A DNA stretch of 64,000 bases from an uncultured Methanosarcinaceae archaeon (GCA_963727895.1 CAVSHT010000009.1:288001-352000); one strand, 5' to 3'. Shown: positions 10,040-20,926, counted from the stretch's first letter. The notes: a model not told the origin generated them from the letters alone. A program made the numbers and translations.

Positions 10040-10254
10040 GGTATTGGTAAACAAAAATAGATATATATGCTTATAACATATATTTCTTCATGAATTGTCC
10101 AAGATGTAAGAGTGCCAGTCACAAAAAGAATGGTATAGTTGGTGGGCGTCAACGGTACAAATGCTCTGATTGTGACTGGAACTATTGCATTTTGGGCAGT
10201 TCATGAAGAAATATATGTTATAAGCATATATATCTATTTTTGTTTACCAATACC
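10040..10254. mobile_element. Fold-back IS1 derivative: two left ends joined in inverted orientation (MITE-like)
   Basis: About 55-bp perfect inverted repeat (IRL plus leader) with transposase 5' sequence on both arms, joined at TTGTG; no TSD. Confidence 0.85.
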
Positions 10255-10556
10255 AAATTATAAAATCCAATTCTTCTAGCAAGTTCATTCACATCCGTGT
10301 CATCAAAAGCTACAATTACTATATTTAGATGATCATCATAAAAAATTATGCATCCTGAATGCATTTCGTATCTATCGATTTTTATTCTTTGCAATTGTTT
10401 ATAATCTGGATTGTTGTTTATTTTGAGAAAATATTGATATAAGTCTATTGATTGAGTGCTCCAGTCACGAAATCTATTTTTTTCAAGGTGATCTCGTAGT
10501 TTTTCAAGCCATCTCGTATTGTGAAATTCCACGATTCTCATAATATCACTGTTCAA
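10218..10556 (-). CDS. Hypothetical protein, 3' end truncated by the IS1 end
   Basis: ORF reads into the IS terminus at 10254. Confidence 0.45.
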   Translation of the reverse strand: MNSDIMRIVEFHNTRWLEKLRDHLEKNRFRDWSTQSIDLYQYFLKINNNPDYKQLQRIKIDRYEMHSGCIIFYDDHLNIVIVAFDDTDVNELARRIGFYNLVLVNKNRYICL

Positions 10557-10646
10557 CTATTAAATTAGTGTATTAAACATATCGGGCTTTAAAAATCTGT
10601 TTTTTGCTAATAACCTTCTTAAACAAAATAAATCAGGTAATTTAAA

Positions 10647-10664
10647 TAGACCAGTCTATATATT
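10647..10664 (-). promoter_or_regulatory. LmrA/YxaF-type operator box
   Basis: AATATATAGACTGGTCTA on the minus strand, with a near-palindromic TAGACCAGTCTA core. Confidence 0.7.
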
Positions 10665-10691
10665 ACTATTCAAAAAATATAAAGATTTAAG

Positions 10692-11264
10692 TTATTTATT
10701 ATTCAATAATATCGGAATTTTTTCAGCAGCAGCTATCAGCATGGTATTATCATTCCGAATCAAAGATATCGTAATTGCACCTTCTATCATTAATTGAAGA
10801 ATTAGGCTAATTTCTGTTGCTTTTTCTGATGAAAACCCACTATTAATTAATTTCTGAGAATAGACATCTGTCCACAGATCATATGCTTCAACACAAGTTT
10901 TTCGTAAAGACTCACTAATAGTGACCGTTTCTAAGGCCAGCAAACTTATAGAAAAACAATTCTCTTGATCTTTATCATAGAATTTCCGTGCTAAATCCAG
11001 AATAAACTCCTTGATGGCTTGAACTGGGTCGTTATTTTTTGCTAATTCTTCTTCTATGTTGTGTTGAATTCGATCTCCCATCAATTTTATAGTAGCTGCT
11101 ACTAATTCTTCCTTCCCATTTGGAAAATGATAATACAAAGATCCTTTTGGTGTTGCACTTCCTTTAATAATTTCATTTAACCCCGTAGCATGATAACCAT
11201 TTTTTTGGAATAAAAAAGCAGCCGTATTAAGGATTTTTTCACGTGTATTCATTTTGGATCCCAT
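10692..11264 (-). CDS. TetR/AcrR family regulator, LmrA/YxaF-like
   Basis: TREKIL.TAA.LFQKNGYHATGLNEII..SATPKGSLYYHFPNGKEEL; C-terminal LALET..ISESLR, MIEGAI. Confidence 0.9.
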   Translation of the reverse strand: MGSKMNTREKILNTAAFLFQKNGYHATGLNEIIKGSATPKGSLYYHFPNGKEELVAATIKLMGDRIQHNIEEELAKNNDPVQAIKEFILDLARKFYDKDQENCFSISLLALETVTISESLRKTCVEAYDLWTDVYSQKLINSGFSSEKATEISLILQLMIEGAITISLIRNDNTMLIAAAEKIPILLNNK

Positions 11265-11401
11265 AAATTATTAGTAATGGGCACAAGTCATTGGAAAATG
11301 TAATATTAGGAATATACTGTATATTTCAAACAATAAGAGAATGTACTCTTTTTTCGAAATTAATCAATAACTCACGGACATAACCGAATTATGTTCTACT
11401 A

Positions 11402-11419
11402 ATTATAATGACTGGTCTA
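11402..11419 (+). promoter_or_regulatory. Second LmrA/YxaF-type operator box upstream of the regulator
   Basis: ATTATAATGACTGGTCTA, 138 bp upstream of the TetR start. Confidence 0.6.
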
Positions 11420-12066
11420 CCTATTATTTATATTTTACTAATATAACGACTTTGCACTCAAAATGATATTATTATATTTAGGTTCATAATGTTATTTATG
11501 ACTTACTCAATGTTCTTATATTTGTGAAATAAATAAGCTCAACACAACCTGGTATTTCAAAAACAAATTTAATTTTTATATCTCTTTCAAGTCTTTTCTT
11601 CACCAGCCTAATATAACATATACTCAACTGAAGAATTTAGTTATTATATAATTTATTGAAATTCTTAATTTGTAAAAATAATTAACAATAATACTAAATT
11701 TATTAAATTATTCTTTTCCTAATTTAATGATCACTGTATATTTATCAAATAATCCATTAAATCAGCAACCTTCTCTCCAATTTGAATGCCTTTCACAAAA
11801 GAGTTATTTGTAATATTACACTATGTAAATATCGTAATGAATAATATGAATTCTCATAACGAATTTATACGAAGTTTTGAAATTTCATATAAATAGAAAA
11901 TCATTACTTATAAAGTATAGCCAAAAAATGATTATCTGCTATGATTTTTTTCAACATGACAAATTTAAAACTATAATGGATACTTGAAGAGTATAAATTT
12001 AATTTGGTTTTTCAACATACATATCATGAACTCATATGTAATTTTTAAAAAACAGACGGAAGTACC

Positions 12067-12708
12067 TTGATGGCCACAAGAAAGGGAAGAAAACAAAATT
12101 ATGCTACTGAAATAGTTAAGGCTGTACTATATCTTTTTGTGAACTCAATGCGCTTGCTGTTTAGTTTTTCAATATATTTACTGAAATTAATGTGGCGACT
12201 CCTTAGTTTCTCACTACACTTACTGTATAGGTTTACAAAACAACTTGTTAAATCAATGTTGTTGCTGTTCATTTTTTCAATTACTTTGCTTTATAAAACA
12301 ACAAAAAGATTACTTAAAAAAAATTCCCCCACTCAACCACTATACACATTGGCTGAAATCGATGAAATGGACGGGTACAAATTTGAAGAATTTATGAAGC
12401 ATGTTTATGAACAACTAGGATACTCAGTTTATCATACCCCATATTCATGTGATCAAGGTGCAGATCTTATTTTAACATCAAAACGAAGAACAAAAATAGC
12501 TGTACAGGTTAAAAGATACTCAGGTAAAATCTCAAACAGTGCAGTACAGGAAGTTGTAGCTGCAAAAGGTTTTTACAAATGCACCAAGGGTATAGTAGTT
12601 ACAAATAGTTATTTTACCGACTCTGCTAAACAATTAGCTGAAGCGAACTTCATTGATTTAGTTGATCGAAATGAACTTGAAAAAATGATCAAAGTTATTT
12701 TACATTAA
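12067..12708 (+). CDS. Mrr-like restriction endonuclease with hydrophobic N-terminus
   Basis: MDGYKFEEF, DQGADLI, IAVQVKRY, SAVQEVVAA, VVTNSYFT..AKQLA (Mrr_cat motifs). Confidence 0.88.
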   Translation: MMATRKGRKQNYATEIVKAVLYLFVNSMRLLFSFSIYLLKLMWRLLSFSLHLLYRFTKQLVKSMLLLFIFSITLLYKTTKRLLKKNSPTQPLYTLAEIDEMDGYKFEEFMKHVYEQLGYSVYHTPYSCDQGADLILTSKRRTKIAVQVKRYSGKISNSAVQEVVAAKGFYKCTKGIVVTNSYFTDSAKQLAEANFIDLVDRNELEKMIKVILH

Positions 12709-13982
12709 GCTTTAAATGTGAATCCTTTGCTTTTGTGTAACTCGTTAATCTTGCTTATCTGACCATCTTCAAAGCTTAACCAGCCTCTAATTTAAATGAT
12801 CAATCTAAAAAAGTTTATTAGTTATATATTAAGTCTATCTGTTTTCTCAGATTTTCAAGTATTACTTGTTACAAAATTTTGAGTTTAGAAAAGCATAGAA
12901 GAAAAATAGACCAAAAACACTCAATAATAAAAGATTTCTACCATGAGCTTATTTTTATAATTTCCATAATAACTGGTATTATGACTTGCGTTTTTTAGGT
13001 GTAAGATTGATAATGATCATTTCAAATGATATGATATTTAGATTAAGTTATCCATTTAAGTTATAAGTTGTTTTTATATTTAGATTACCTTTCTTTAGCA
13101 GGTACTTATATAATTATTCCATGCAAAAAGGTAAACTTACCCAAAACGAATAAAGTCCGAATATTTCACAAAAAGAAAAATTGAGCCTTGTAATTTATAA
13201 TCTATCAAGAGAGTTTTGTAGTATGCTATATATTTCACAATCTCGAATATGCAAAACTTGAACATATTCCGAGATGTTTACATCAATTATAACTATTACA
13301 ACATTTCATTATTGATTTTTAGAATATATCTACTTACTAAATAATATTTTCAGATAATACTAACATCAAATACTGATTAAGATATACGATTATATCTCCA
13401 AAGATTTTGTGGAGCTGGAAAAATGAACCCGCTACGGTTAAGAAAGAGAATAGATGCACTCAAAAAAGCAATAAATCCATTCACGATTTTATTTTGGATA
13501 TTTACATCTGTGATTCTAGCCTTCATGTTATTGGCATTGAAACGAAAGAAATCACCCTGATGAATATAATTTTCGGTTTTTATATTTTCCTTTTGTCCTG
13601 AAAATTATGTAGCAGATGCCAGAATTATCCTGTTATAAATAATTGATTTTGGTCTTTAGTGTTTTTTAACTGCTATAGTTCCTTAAAGTAAAATTATTAT
13701 AAAATATTTTTTATATAATTTTCTCCTCTTTTATTAATTATCTACATCTTACTTTTAATTTTCTCAAAATCTTATAATTATCTATATTTGACTCTTACTT
13801 TTGTGATCAATCTTCCTACTAAAAAGACAATAGTTAACGTGATTTTTTAATTCTATTAAAATTCTATAGATAAATGTAAATAATTAAACCAATTTTAATA
13901 GTAATATTCAGTCTCGTATAGTGACAAAAGTTACCGAATAACTAGCCTTATGTAACAGAACAATTATTTTTTGGTGTATTTC

Positions 13983-15108
13983 ATGTATGACTTAATCATT
14001 ATAGGTGGTGGTCCTTCCGGAGCTTCGGCAGGAAGAAAGGCAGGAAAACTTGGATTGAATACACTGTTACTTGAAAAAGAAAAATTTCCCCGATATAAGC
14101 CTTGTGGGGGAGGACTCTCAGAACATGCACTGTCTTATCTAGATTTTGAACTTCCTTCGGATATTATAGAGTGGGAAGTTACGGGAGTGAGGGGTGTTTT
14201 CAACGATCAAATCATTGAGGTGCACAAGGATCACAATATATCTTCGCTGGTTTCTCGATCCGTTTTTGATACTTTTTTGCTCAAAAAGACAAAAGAAACC
14301 GGAATTAAAGTACATACAGGAGAAAAGGTTCTGAGCTGTACAGAAAAATCTGAATTTGTGGAAGTAATTACAAAACAACAAACTTATCAGGCAAAATTTG
14401 TCATTGTTGCCGAAGGGGCACATGGGCTCATTAAAACCTGCGTTAGGCCTGCAGATACCAGAAAGGAATATTGGGTATCCGTAGTTGCTGAAATCCCTGC
14501 TGAAGAAAGAGAAATCGAAGAACGCCTAGGAAAAACTGTAGAACTACAGTTAGGAGTTGCAAGTGGTGGGATACGGTTGGATTTTTCCCCATAAAACCTA
14601 CTATTCTATTGGAATCGGCGGTGTTGCCAAAGATTTTTCTCATCCGAAAGCTACAATGGTTAAATTCCTGAAGAATAATAATTTTAATGGAGATTACGAA
14701 CTTTATGGGCATAAAATTCCCATAGGGGGTGTTAAAAGAAGAATTACTGGCTCCAGAGTTCTTCTCATTGGGGATGCCGCTGGGTTTGTAGATGCTTTTT
14801 CAGGTGAAGGATTAGCATATGCCATTAGATCGGGACAGCTTGCTGCCAACGTGATTGCCGAGGTTTCTCAACAGAAGGGAAAACTAAAAGATCTCCATAA
14901 ATATGAATCTATTTGTAGGAAAGAGTTCGGAACTCACCTTAAATATTCCCTCATTTTTTCCAGATTAATTCATAGTTTCCCAGAAAGATCTTTAAAAACA
15001 TTTATAAATAATAGAGAAATTTTGGACAAATATCTTGAGGTTGTAGATTACACGATTGATTACAAAGAGTATCTTCGCTGGGCCGTTCTTAATTTCAAAC
15101 TCAAGTAA
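13983..15108 (+). pseudogene. Geranylgeranyl reductase-family FAD oxidoreductase, frameshifted
   Basis: GGGPSG, RYKPCGGG in the first ORF; YGWIFP, GDAAGFVDAFSGEGL in the second; one extra G at 14568-14570. Confidence 0.85.
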
Positions 15109-15242
15109 CACAACTGTTACTATTTTTACAGTTGCATGGGTTATTTCCACTATATTTTTATCTTTCTAGCTTTTATCTATCTTAAGGCAGAATATTTCTA
15201 TCTGTATATAGTTGCATTTACTCTACAAGCAGGTGTCTTAAT

Positions 15243-16427
15243 ATGTACGATCTAATTATAGTGGGGGGAGGACCTTCAGGAGCATCGGCAGGGAGAACAG
15301 CCGGAAATAGAGGACTTTTAACCCTTTTAATCGAAAAAGAAAATTTTCCAAGGTACACGCCCTGCGGTGGAGCTCTTTCTTCACATGGTTTATCTTGCCT
15401 GGATTTCAAGCTTCCTGAGTTCGTAATCGAGAGAAATATTTCAAAGGTAAGGGTTCATTTTCAAGATCATTTTGTAGATGGAATTAACGAAAATAATCTG
15501 GCTCTACTGGTTTCTAGAAAAGTTTTTGATAACCTCCTGCTTGAAAAAGCCAGAGAAACAGGAATTGAGGTTCACACAGGAGAAAAGGTTCTGGATTGCA
15601 TTGAAAAAGAAGATTGTGTTGAGGTCATAACCACAGATAATACGTATCTTGGAAGGTTTGTTCTTATTTCAGAAGGTTCAGGTGGAACCCTTAAATATAG
15701 AGTAAGGCCAAGAAACAAAATAAAAAAATATTCACTGGGTCTTGTATCGGAAATTCCTGCTGAAAATGAAGTAATAAAGAACTGCTTTCCAGATACCGTA
15801 AATATTCATTTTGGAATCGCAGATGGGGGGTTTGGTTGGATTTTTCCTCATGAAGGGTACTATTCTGTAGGAATTATGGGAAATGCTCAGGCTTTGGAAC
15901 ATCCAAAAAAAGTATTTTTGGATTTTCTTAAAGAAAATGGTTTCTCAAAAGATTTTCCGTTTCATTCCCATGTCATTCCAACAGGCGGTATAAAGAGAAA
16001 AATCCTTAATTCCAGGATGCTTCTGAGTGGGGATGCTGCCGGATTTGTAGACGCTTTTACAGGAGAAGGCATTTCATATGCTATCCGGTCAGGGCAGCTT
16101 GCTGCAGAAGCAGTTGCTGATCTTGTTATGTACAGCCAGAAGTTAAGTAGCCTTAAAGCCTACGAGTCCAGCTGCAGGCAGGAATTTGGAAATTGCCTTG
16201 CCGGTTCTCTTAAAATGGAAAAGATAATGCATCGTTTTCCTGAAATTTCTTTCAAACTAGCTGTTAACAATAATGAAATTTTAGATAAGTATCTGGATCA
16301 AGTGGTGATCAACAGAAATTATAAAGACTATATCCGTTGGTTACTGTTGAACTTCTGTCTCACTGAACCCGTTTCAAAAATAAAATCTCTTACACTCGAA
16401 ACTGATAAAAATCGATCTAAAAAATGA
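15243..16427 (+). CDS. Geranylgeranyl reductase-family FAD oxidoreductase (tandem paralog)
   Basis: GGGPSG, PCGGA, FGWIFP, GDAAGFVDAFTGEGI. Confidence 0.9.
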   Translation: MYDLIIVGGGPSGASAGRTAGNRGLLTLLIEKENFPRYTPCGGALSSHGLSCLDFKLPEFVIERNISKVRVHFQDHFVDGINENNLALLVSRKVFDNLLLEKARETGIEVHTGEKVLDCIEKEDCVEVITTDNTYLGRFVLISEGSGGTLKYRVRPRNKIKKYSLGLVSEIPAENEVIKNCFPDTVNIHFGIADGGFGWIFPHEGYYSVGIMGNAQALEHPKKVFLDFLKENGFSKDFPFHSHVIPTGGIKRKILNSRMLLSGDAAGFVDAFTGEGISYAIRSGQLAAEAVADLVMYSQKLSSLKAYESSCRQEFGNCLAGSLKMEKIMHRFPEISFKLAVNNNEILDKYLDQVVINRNYKDYIRWLLLNFCLTEPVSKIKSLTLETDKNRSKK

Positions 16428-16507
16428 ACGAAAGCAAAGAATAGGATCAAGAGAGTAAAGAAACATACAAAAGTTAAAAAACTAGGTAGAATAACATAAA
16501 ACAAGTT

Positions 16508-16875
16508 TGCGAGTGAGGCAAGTAAGCTCCCTTCTGTTCCTGCAAAAATTTTCTGGCACTCATCAGTGGAGAAAATGATCCCTGAGGATTCTTGCAGTGA
16601 CGGCATTCAGCTATGCGTTTCCAAAAACAACCGGGAGATTCCGGAATGCTCTTTTTTCCCGATTTCCAACTTGCACCCACGAGGATTCGCCGTTTCATCC
16701 ATTTTCCCTGAGACCTCAGCATTCTGCATCATCGCATTTTCAGGGGATGGTTCTCGTTTCTGTGCCAGGGCCCGGGCTCTCGCCCGACATCCTTTACAGA
16801 TGTTCGTGTATCCGGAGTGGTGGGGAGACTTTCCTCAGACCGAAAGGCCCGTCAGCCGTCCAGCCTCTCTCGCAT
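16508..16875 (-). ncRNA. rnpB: RNase P RNA (archaeal type A)
   Basis: Minus strand has GAGGAAAGTCTCCCCACC near the 5' end and AACAGAAGGGAGCTTA near the 3' end; termini pair (TGCGAGAGAGGC / GCCTCACTCGCA); GC-rich island. Confidence 0.95.
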
Positions 16876-17260
16876 ATTACTTGTTGATGTTCCTATTACA
16901 TTTTTCTAATTATATATATTTTTTGAAAAGCCATATCTGTAAAAGATGAAAACAGATTTTCACAGGAAAGTTTTATAATAAAGTTTTCTACAGAAAAGAT
17001 ATATTACTTTTTATATACTGTTTTTTCCTATTTTACTCTTTTTATGGAAAGTTGTAGATATACTCGTCTTTATAGGTCATTGAATTTTATGTGTTTAAAA
17101 TGCGTCCAAATATTAATATATATGTAATATAATTCGTAAGTTATAGGTGGATTTTTCCCATCTCTAAGGCTTGTCCGAAAAAAGCTTATCGGTACTTTAA
17201 TATCTGGCAGTAGCTATAATTCATGTCAGTGTGCAGGCTTATTTTTTCAAGAGGTAAAAC

Positions 17261-18399
17261 ATGAGTGATTGTCTGTTCAATTTGCATATTGGATATGTAA
17301 GTTTTAAAAATCCTATTGCATTGGCGCCTATGGCAGGAATTGTCGATAGTGCTTTTGCCAACCAGTATGCAAGCAATGCCGGGCTGGTAGTTCTTGGAGC
17401 CTTCAATTTAGATAAGGCCTCAATAGCTGTTGCTTCAAGTCTCGTATCCCGGGGTAGAAAAGAGTTCATTTCCGATGAGCCTATAGAGCTTATAAAAACG
17501 GAAATTCGAGCAGTAACGTCCGGAAGTGCAGTTGCGGTAAATGTCAGGAGTACTACACTTGAGCCCCTTATTGAAGCTGCAAAGGTTGTCAAAGAAGAGG
17601 GAGCGATTCTTGAATTAAACGCTCACTGCAGGCAGCCTGAAATGCTTGAAGCCGGAATGGGAGAAGCTCTTCTTCATGATCTTCCAAGGCTTTCGTCATG
17701 GATTCGGGCGATAAAAGAGACTGGAGTTGTTCTTTCAGTAAAAGTAAGGGCAAACGTTGTCGATGATATCGAGCTTGCAAGACTTATTGATAAGTCGGAT
17801 GCAGATATCATACACATTGATGCCGAAATGGAGGGCTTTGGAGCCGATCTTGATGCGATACTTAATTATAGAGATGCCACCAGGCTATTCTTGATAGGAA
17901 ACAACTTCGTAAAAGACTTTGAAGCTGCAAAGGAAATGTTTTCACGAGGGGCTGATATGGTTTCAGTTGCCAGGGAGTCCTTGATAATTCTAGCCTTATA
18001 CAGGAACTGGTAGAAAATGTTACATCTTATCAGCAGTCAATAGGCTGGTATAATGCTCCAAAGCATGTTTGCAGTCAAGGAGATTTCAGAGGTCTGGCTT
18101 TCTGTTGTCTGCCTGTAAAACCTTGTCCAGTGCATGGAAAGTTCCGAAAACTGGGATATACAGCAGAGGAATTTGCCAAGACAAAGTTTGACTTTGCTAA
18201 AGGCACAATGCTGGAGTACGGAGGAGACACATGCTTTGGAAGCCTTGTGTGGTGTTGTAAAATCACCAAGCCCTGCTGGATCAGGGATGGAGTATTAAAC
18301 ACAATCGGTCTCTCTAACTCAAATTATATGAAACTTAAAAAACAACTGGCTGAATACGTACTGGATCATGCCAAAATTCCGGTAAATGAATCCCATTAA
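17261..18399 (+). pseudogene. MJ0144-family dihydrouridine-synthase-like TIM barrel + methanogenesis marker 9 domain; single frameshift (possibly a sequencing error)
   Basis: ALAPMAGI, ELNAHCRQPEM, SVKVRAN; C-terminal GLAFCC..KPC and CFGSLVWCCKITKPC; one G missing at 17973-17975 (VARGVLDN). Confidence 0.8.
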
Positions 18400-19432
18400 T
18401 CCTGGTTCTACCTGCCCGATAATTGACCGGGCAGAAAACCCACAAATATCTAGTCTTATTGCCCGCTGTGCCCAGCTTGCTATGCTGCTTGAGGTTTCGG
18501 CTTCTCCCAAGCCGGGAAACGTTGATAGAGAGCATAATTATCCTGATACATACTTTGAGCATTTTATAGCGTCTTCGGTAAGCGTCTACCCCGTCCTCGA
18601 ACTGGCTGCAAGAAGCAGAAACGGCATAGGTACACTTATAAGAAATGCGGTTTGTGAGAGCTCTTCCTGGCAGAAAGGAGGAAATACCCACTTCGGTGCT
18701 TTTCTGCTCCTTATTCCTCTTTCAATGGCTGCAGGCGAGCTCTTCAATTCATGTAGAAAAAATCCATATAAACTCTTACCGGATGAATTAGAAGCTCTTG
18801 CTGCTCATGCACATGCTTTTGTTCAGGCAACGGACTGTGAAGATGCTGTCGAGTTCTACAGAGCTTTCGAAGTGGCAGGGGTGAGGGTCAATAGTGTGGA
18901 TGAATTCAATCTTGGAGACCCCGAGTCAACATCTGAGTTAAAGGCAAAAGAAGTCACCCTTTACGAACTTATGAATATTGCCAAAAGGTATGATATGATT
19001 GCAAATGAGTGGGTTACAGGCTTCAGACGCTGTCTTGAAGGAGCAAAAATCATAACTCAATTCATGCAGAATCAAAATCCTGGATCTGAAAATTCAGTTT
19101 CGAACTGTTCAGGCACAGGTATTAACGAAGCTATTGTATACACTTTCCTGAAATTGCTGTCCCAGCACAGGGATACGTTCATCGAGACAAAATTCGATAA
19201 AGATACTGCAGATTACGTTTCATCAAGGTCAGGCAAGATTCTCTCTTCCTGGGAAGAGACTTCAGATAATACTGAATCTTCAGGTAATAACACCAGAGAC
19301 TTTGAAGATCTGCTTCCTGCTGTACAGGAGTTTGACTCCGAACTTCTCAAGAAAAGAATAAACCCGGGTTCAACAGCCGACATCATCATAGCTGGGCTTT
19401 TCATTGCCCTTCTGGGAGGATTGCGCTTTTGA
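18386..19432 (+). CDS. citG: CitG-like triphosphoribosyl-dephospho-CoA synthase family protein
   Basis: LEVSASPKPGNVDR, GGNTHFG, INPGSTADII motifs. Confidence 0.88.
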   Translation: MNPINPGSTCPIIDRAENPQISSLIARCAQLAMLLEVSASPKPGNVDREHNYPDTYFEHFIASSVSVYPVLELAARSRNGIGTLIRNAVCESSSWQKGGNTHFGAFLLLIPLSMAAGELFNSCRKNPYKLLPDELEALAAHAHAFVQATDCEDAVEFYRAFEVAGVRVNSVDEFNLGDPESTSELKAKEVTLYELMNIAKRYDMIANEWVTGFRRCLEGAKIITQFMQNQNPGSENSVSNCSGTGINEAIVYTFLKLLSQHRDTFIETKFDKDTADYVSSRSGKILSSWEETSDNTESSGNNTRDFEDLLPAVQEFDSELLKKRINPGSTADIIIAGLFIALLGGLRF

Positions 19433-20067
19433 TCGAATCTCTTCCCAAATCCAAAAAAAGCGCAAGTGAATTCTCAGCTATTGATCTTTCTTCCTTTGGG
19501 CTACTGGAAGGAATCTACGAGACAATTGTAAGCACAGGTCTGGAGACTCCTAATGCTGCTCCCATCGGAATAATCGTAAAAGGTGGACGGGTTTTTGTCC
19601 GGCTCTTTAAAGGTACCCACACCTGGGCAAATGTCTTTAAAGAAAAATATCTGGTTGCAAATATAGTGTATGATCCCCTACTTTTAGTGCGTTCAACTTT
19701 TTTTGATCTTGAGTCTTCTGAATTTGAATATGTATCTGTTTGTGGGTTAAATTTTCCAATCTTAAAAGAAGCTTCAGCATGGATCGTTTTTGAATGTACT
19801 GATATTAAGGATACAGATCATGCTCTTGTGGCTGATCTTATTCCTATAAAAGCGGGTTTTAATGACGCGAATAGGAAAAGCTTGTCTGTACCTAACAGAG
19901 GATTCAATGCAGTACTTGAGGCGACTGTTCATGCAACTCGCTACCAGCTTTCAGGAGATGAAAAATATCTCAAGCTGATCCGCCATTACGAGTCACTGGC
20001 TTTCAAATGCGGGGGAGAACGTGAGAAACAGGCTATGGAATTGCTTTATGAAGTATTGGGGTTGTGA
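19429..20067 (+). CDS. DUF447 family protein
   Basis: ETIVST..PNAAPIGI, RLFKGTHT, NRGFNAVLEATVHATR. Confidence 0.85.
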   Translation: MIESLPKSKKSASEFSAIDLSSFGLLEGIYETIVSTGLETPNAAPIGIIVKGGRVFVRLFKGTHTWANVFKEKYLVANIVYDPLLLVRSTFFDLESSEFEYVSVCGLNFPILKEASAWIVFECTDIKDTDHALVADLIPIKAGFNDANRKSLSVPNRGFNAVLEATVHATRYQLSGDEKYLKLIRHYESLAFKCGGEREKQAMELLYEVLGL

Positions 20068-20206
20068 ATCCTTTTTAGATGGGATCAGGTAACCAAGTAA
20101 AATTAATGACTTCTTGTCCTCATTTTAAGTTTGTAACTTTTCATTTTCATTATCCTGAACCTTTTTTAGAAAATTATATCATCCTCCTAAGGCATGACTT
20201 CTTTCC

Positions 20207-20926
20207 ATGAGTTTTCAGAGAATTGCATGGGGCATTACAGGTGCCGGGCATTTCCTTGACCGAAGTTACCAGGTCTTTAAAGAAATAAAGCTTAGAAACC
20301 CTGAAGTTTCTGTAAACACGTTTATTTCAAGAGCCGCCGAGGAGGTACTGCGCATGTACGGACTTGAGCAAAAGCTTGTTAAAATCTCAGGCGGAGACTA
20401 TCTTGAAGAAATCTTTAGAGAAAGCGAGCAGGGTTCAAGTTCTCCAAAGGTTGGGCGCTTTGGTCTTGATAGATATGATGCTTTGTTTGTCACGCCAGCA
20501 ACCTCAAACACCGTTTCAAAGATTGCATATGGTATTGCGGATTCCCTTGTTACAAATGCCGTTGCTCAGGCTGTAAAAGGAAGAGTTCCTGTTTATGTTG
20601 TGCCCGTGGATATTGAAGGTTCAGTCATCTCAGAAATGCCTTATAATATCGACAGAAAACAATGCAAGCATTGCGAGGACTGCCCTCCAAGAGAAAACTG
20701 TCCCCAAGGAGCAATAACTGAAAAAAACGGTTTAACAGACCAAATTGACCTTTTGAAGTGTAAAGGCTGTGGAATCTGTAAGGAGCTCTGTCCTTATAAA
20801 GCAATCAAAGGCGGACCCGTAGAAGTTTTAGTCCGAGATGTAGATATGCGCAATGTTGAAATTGTTAAAGGCTTGCAGGGAATTACTGTGCTTGAGAGCC
20901 CTGAAAAGATTCTGGATTTCTTTTAA
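20207..20926 (+). CDS. dmrX: Dihydromethanopterin reductase (acceptor), AfpA-like flavoprotein with 2x[4Fe-4S]
   Basis: IAWGITGAGH, PATSNTVSKIAYGIADSLVTNA, CKHCEDC..CP and CKGCGIC..CP. Confidence 0.82.
   Translation: MSFQRIAWGITGAGHFLDRSYQVFKEIKLRNPEVSVNTFISRAAEEVLRMYGLEQKLVKISGGDYLEEIFRESEQGSSSPKVGRFGLDRYDALFVTPATSNTVSKIAYGIADSLVTNAVAQAVKGRVPVYVVPVDIEGSVISEMPYNIDRKQCKHCEDCPPRENCPQGAITEKNGLTDQIDLLKCKGCGICKELCPYKAIKGGPVEVLVRDVDMRNVEIVKGLQGITVLESPEKILDFF

Noticed and set aside
13240..13276. Hairpin ATCTCGAATATG...CATATTCCGAGAT in an AT-rich spacer
   Set aside because: Single imperfect inverted repeat with no second copy or associated feature
16474..16949. ORFs of 82-127 aa in the ORF track
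   Set aside because: They overlap the RNase P RNA gene; shadow ORFs of GC-rich structural RNA
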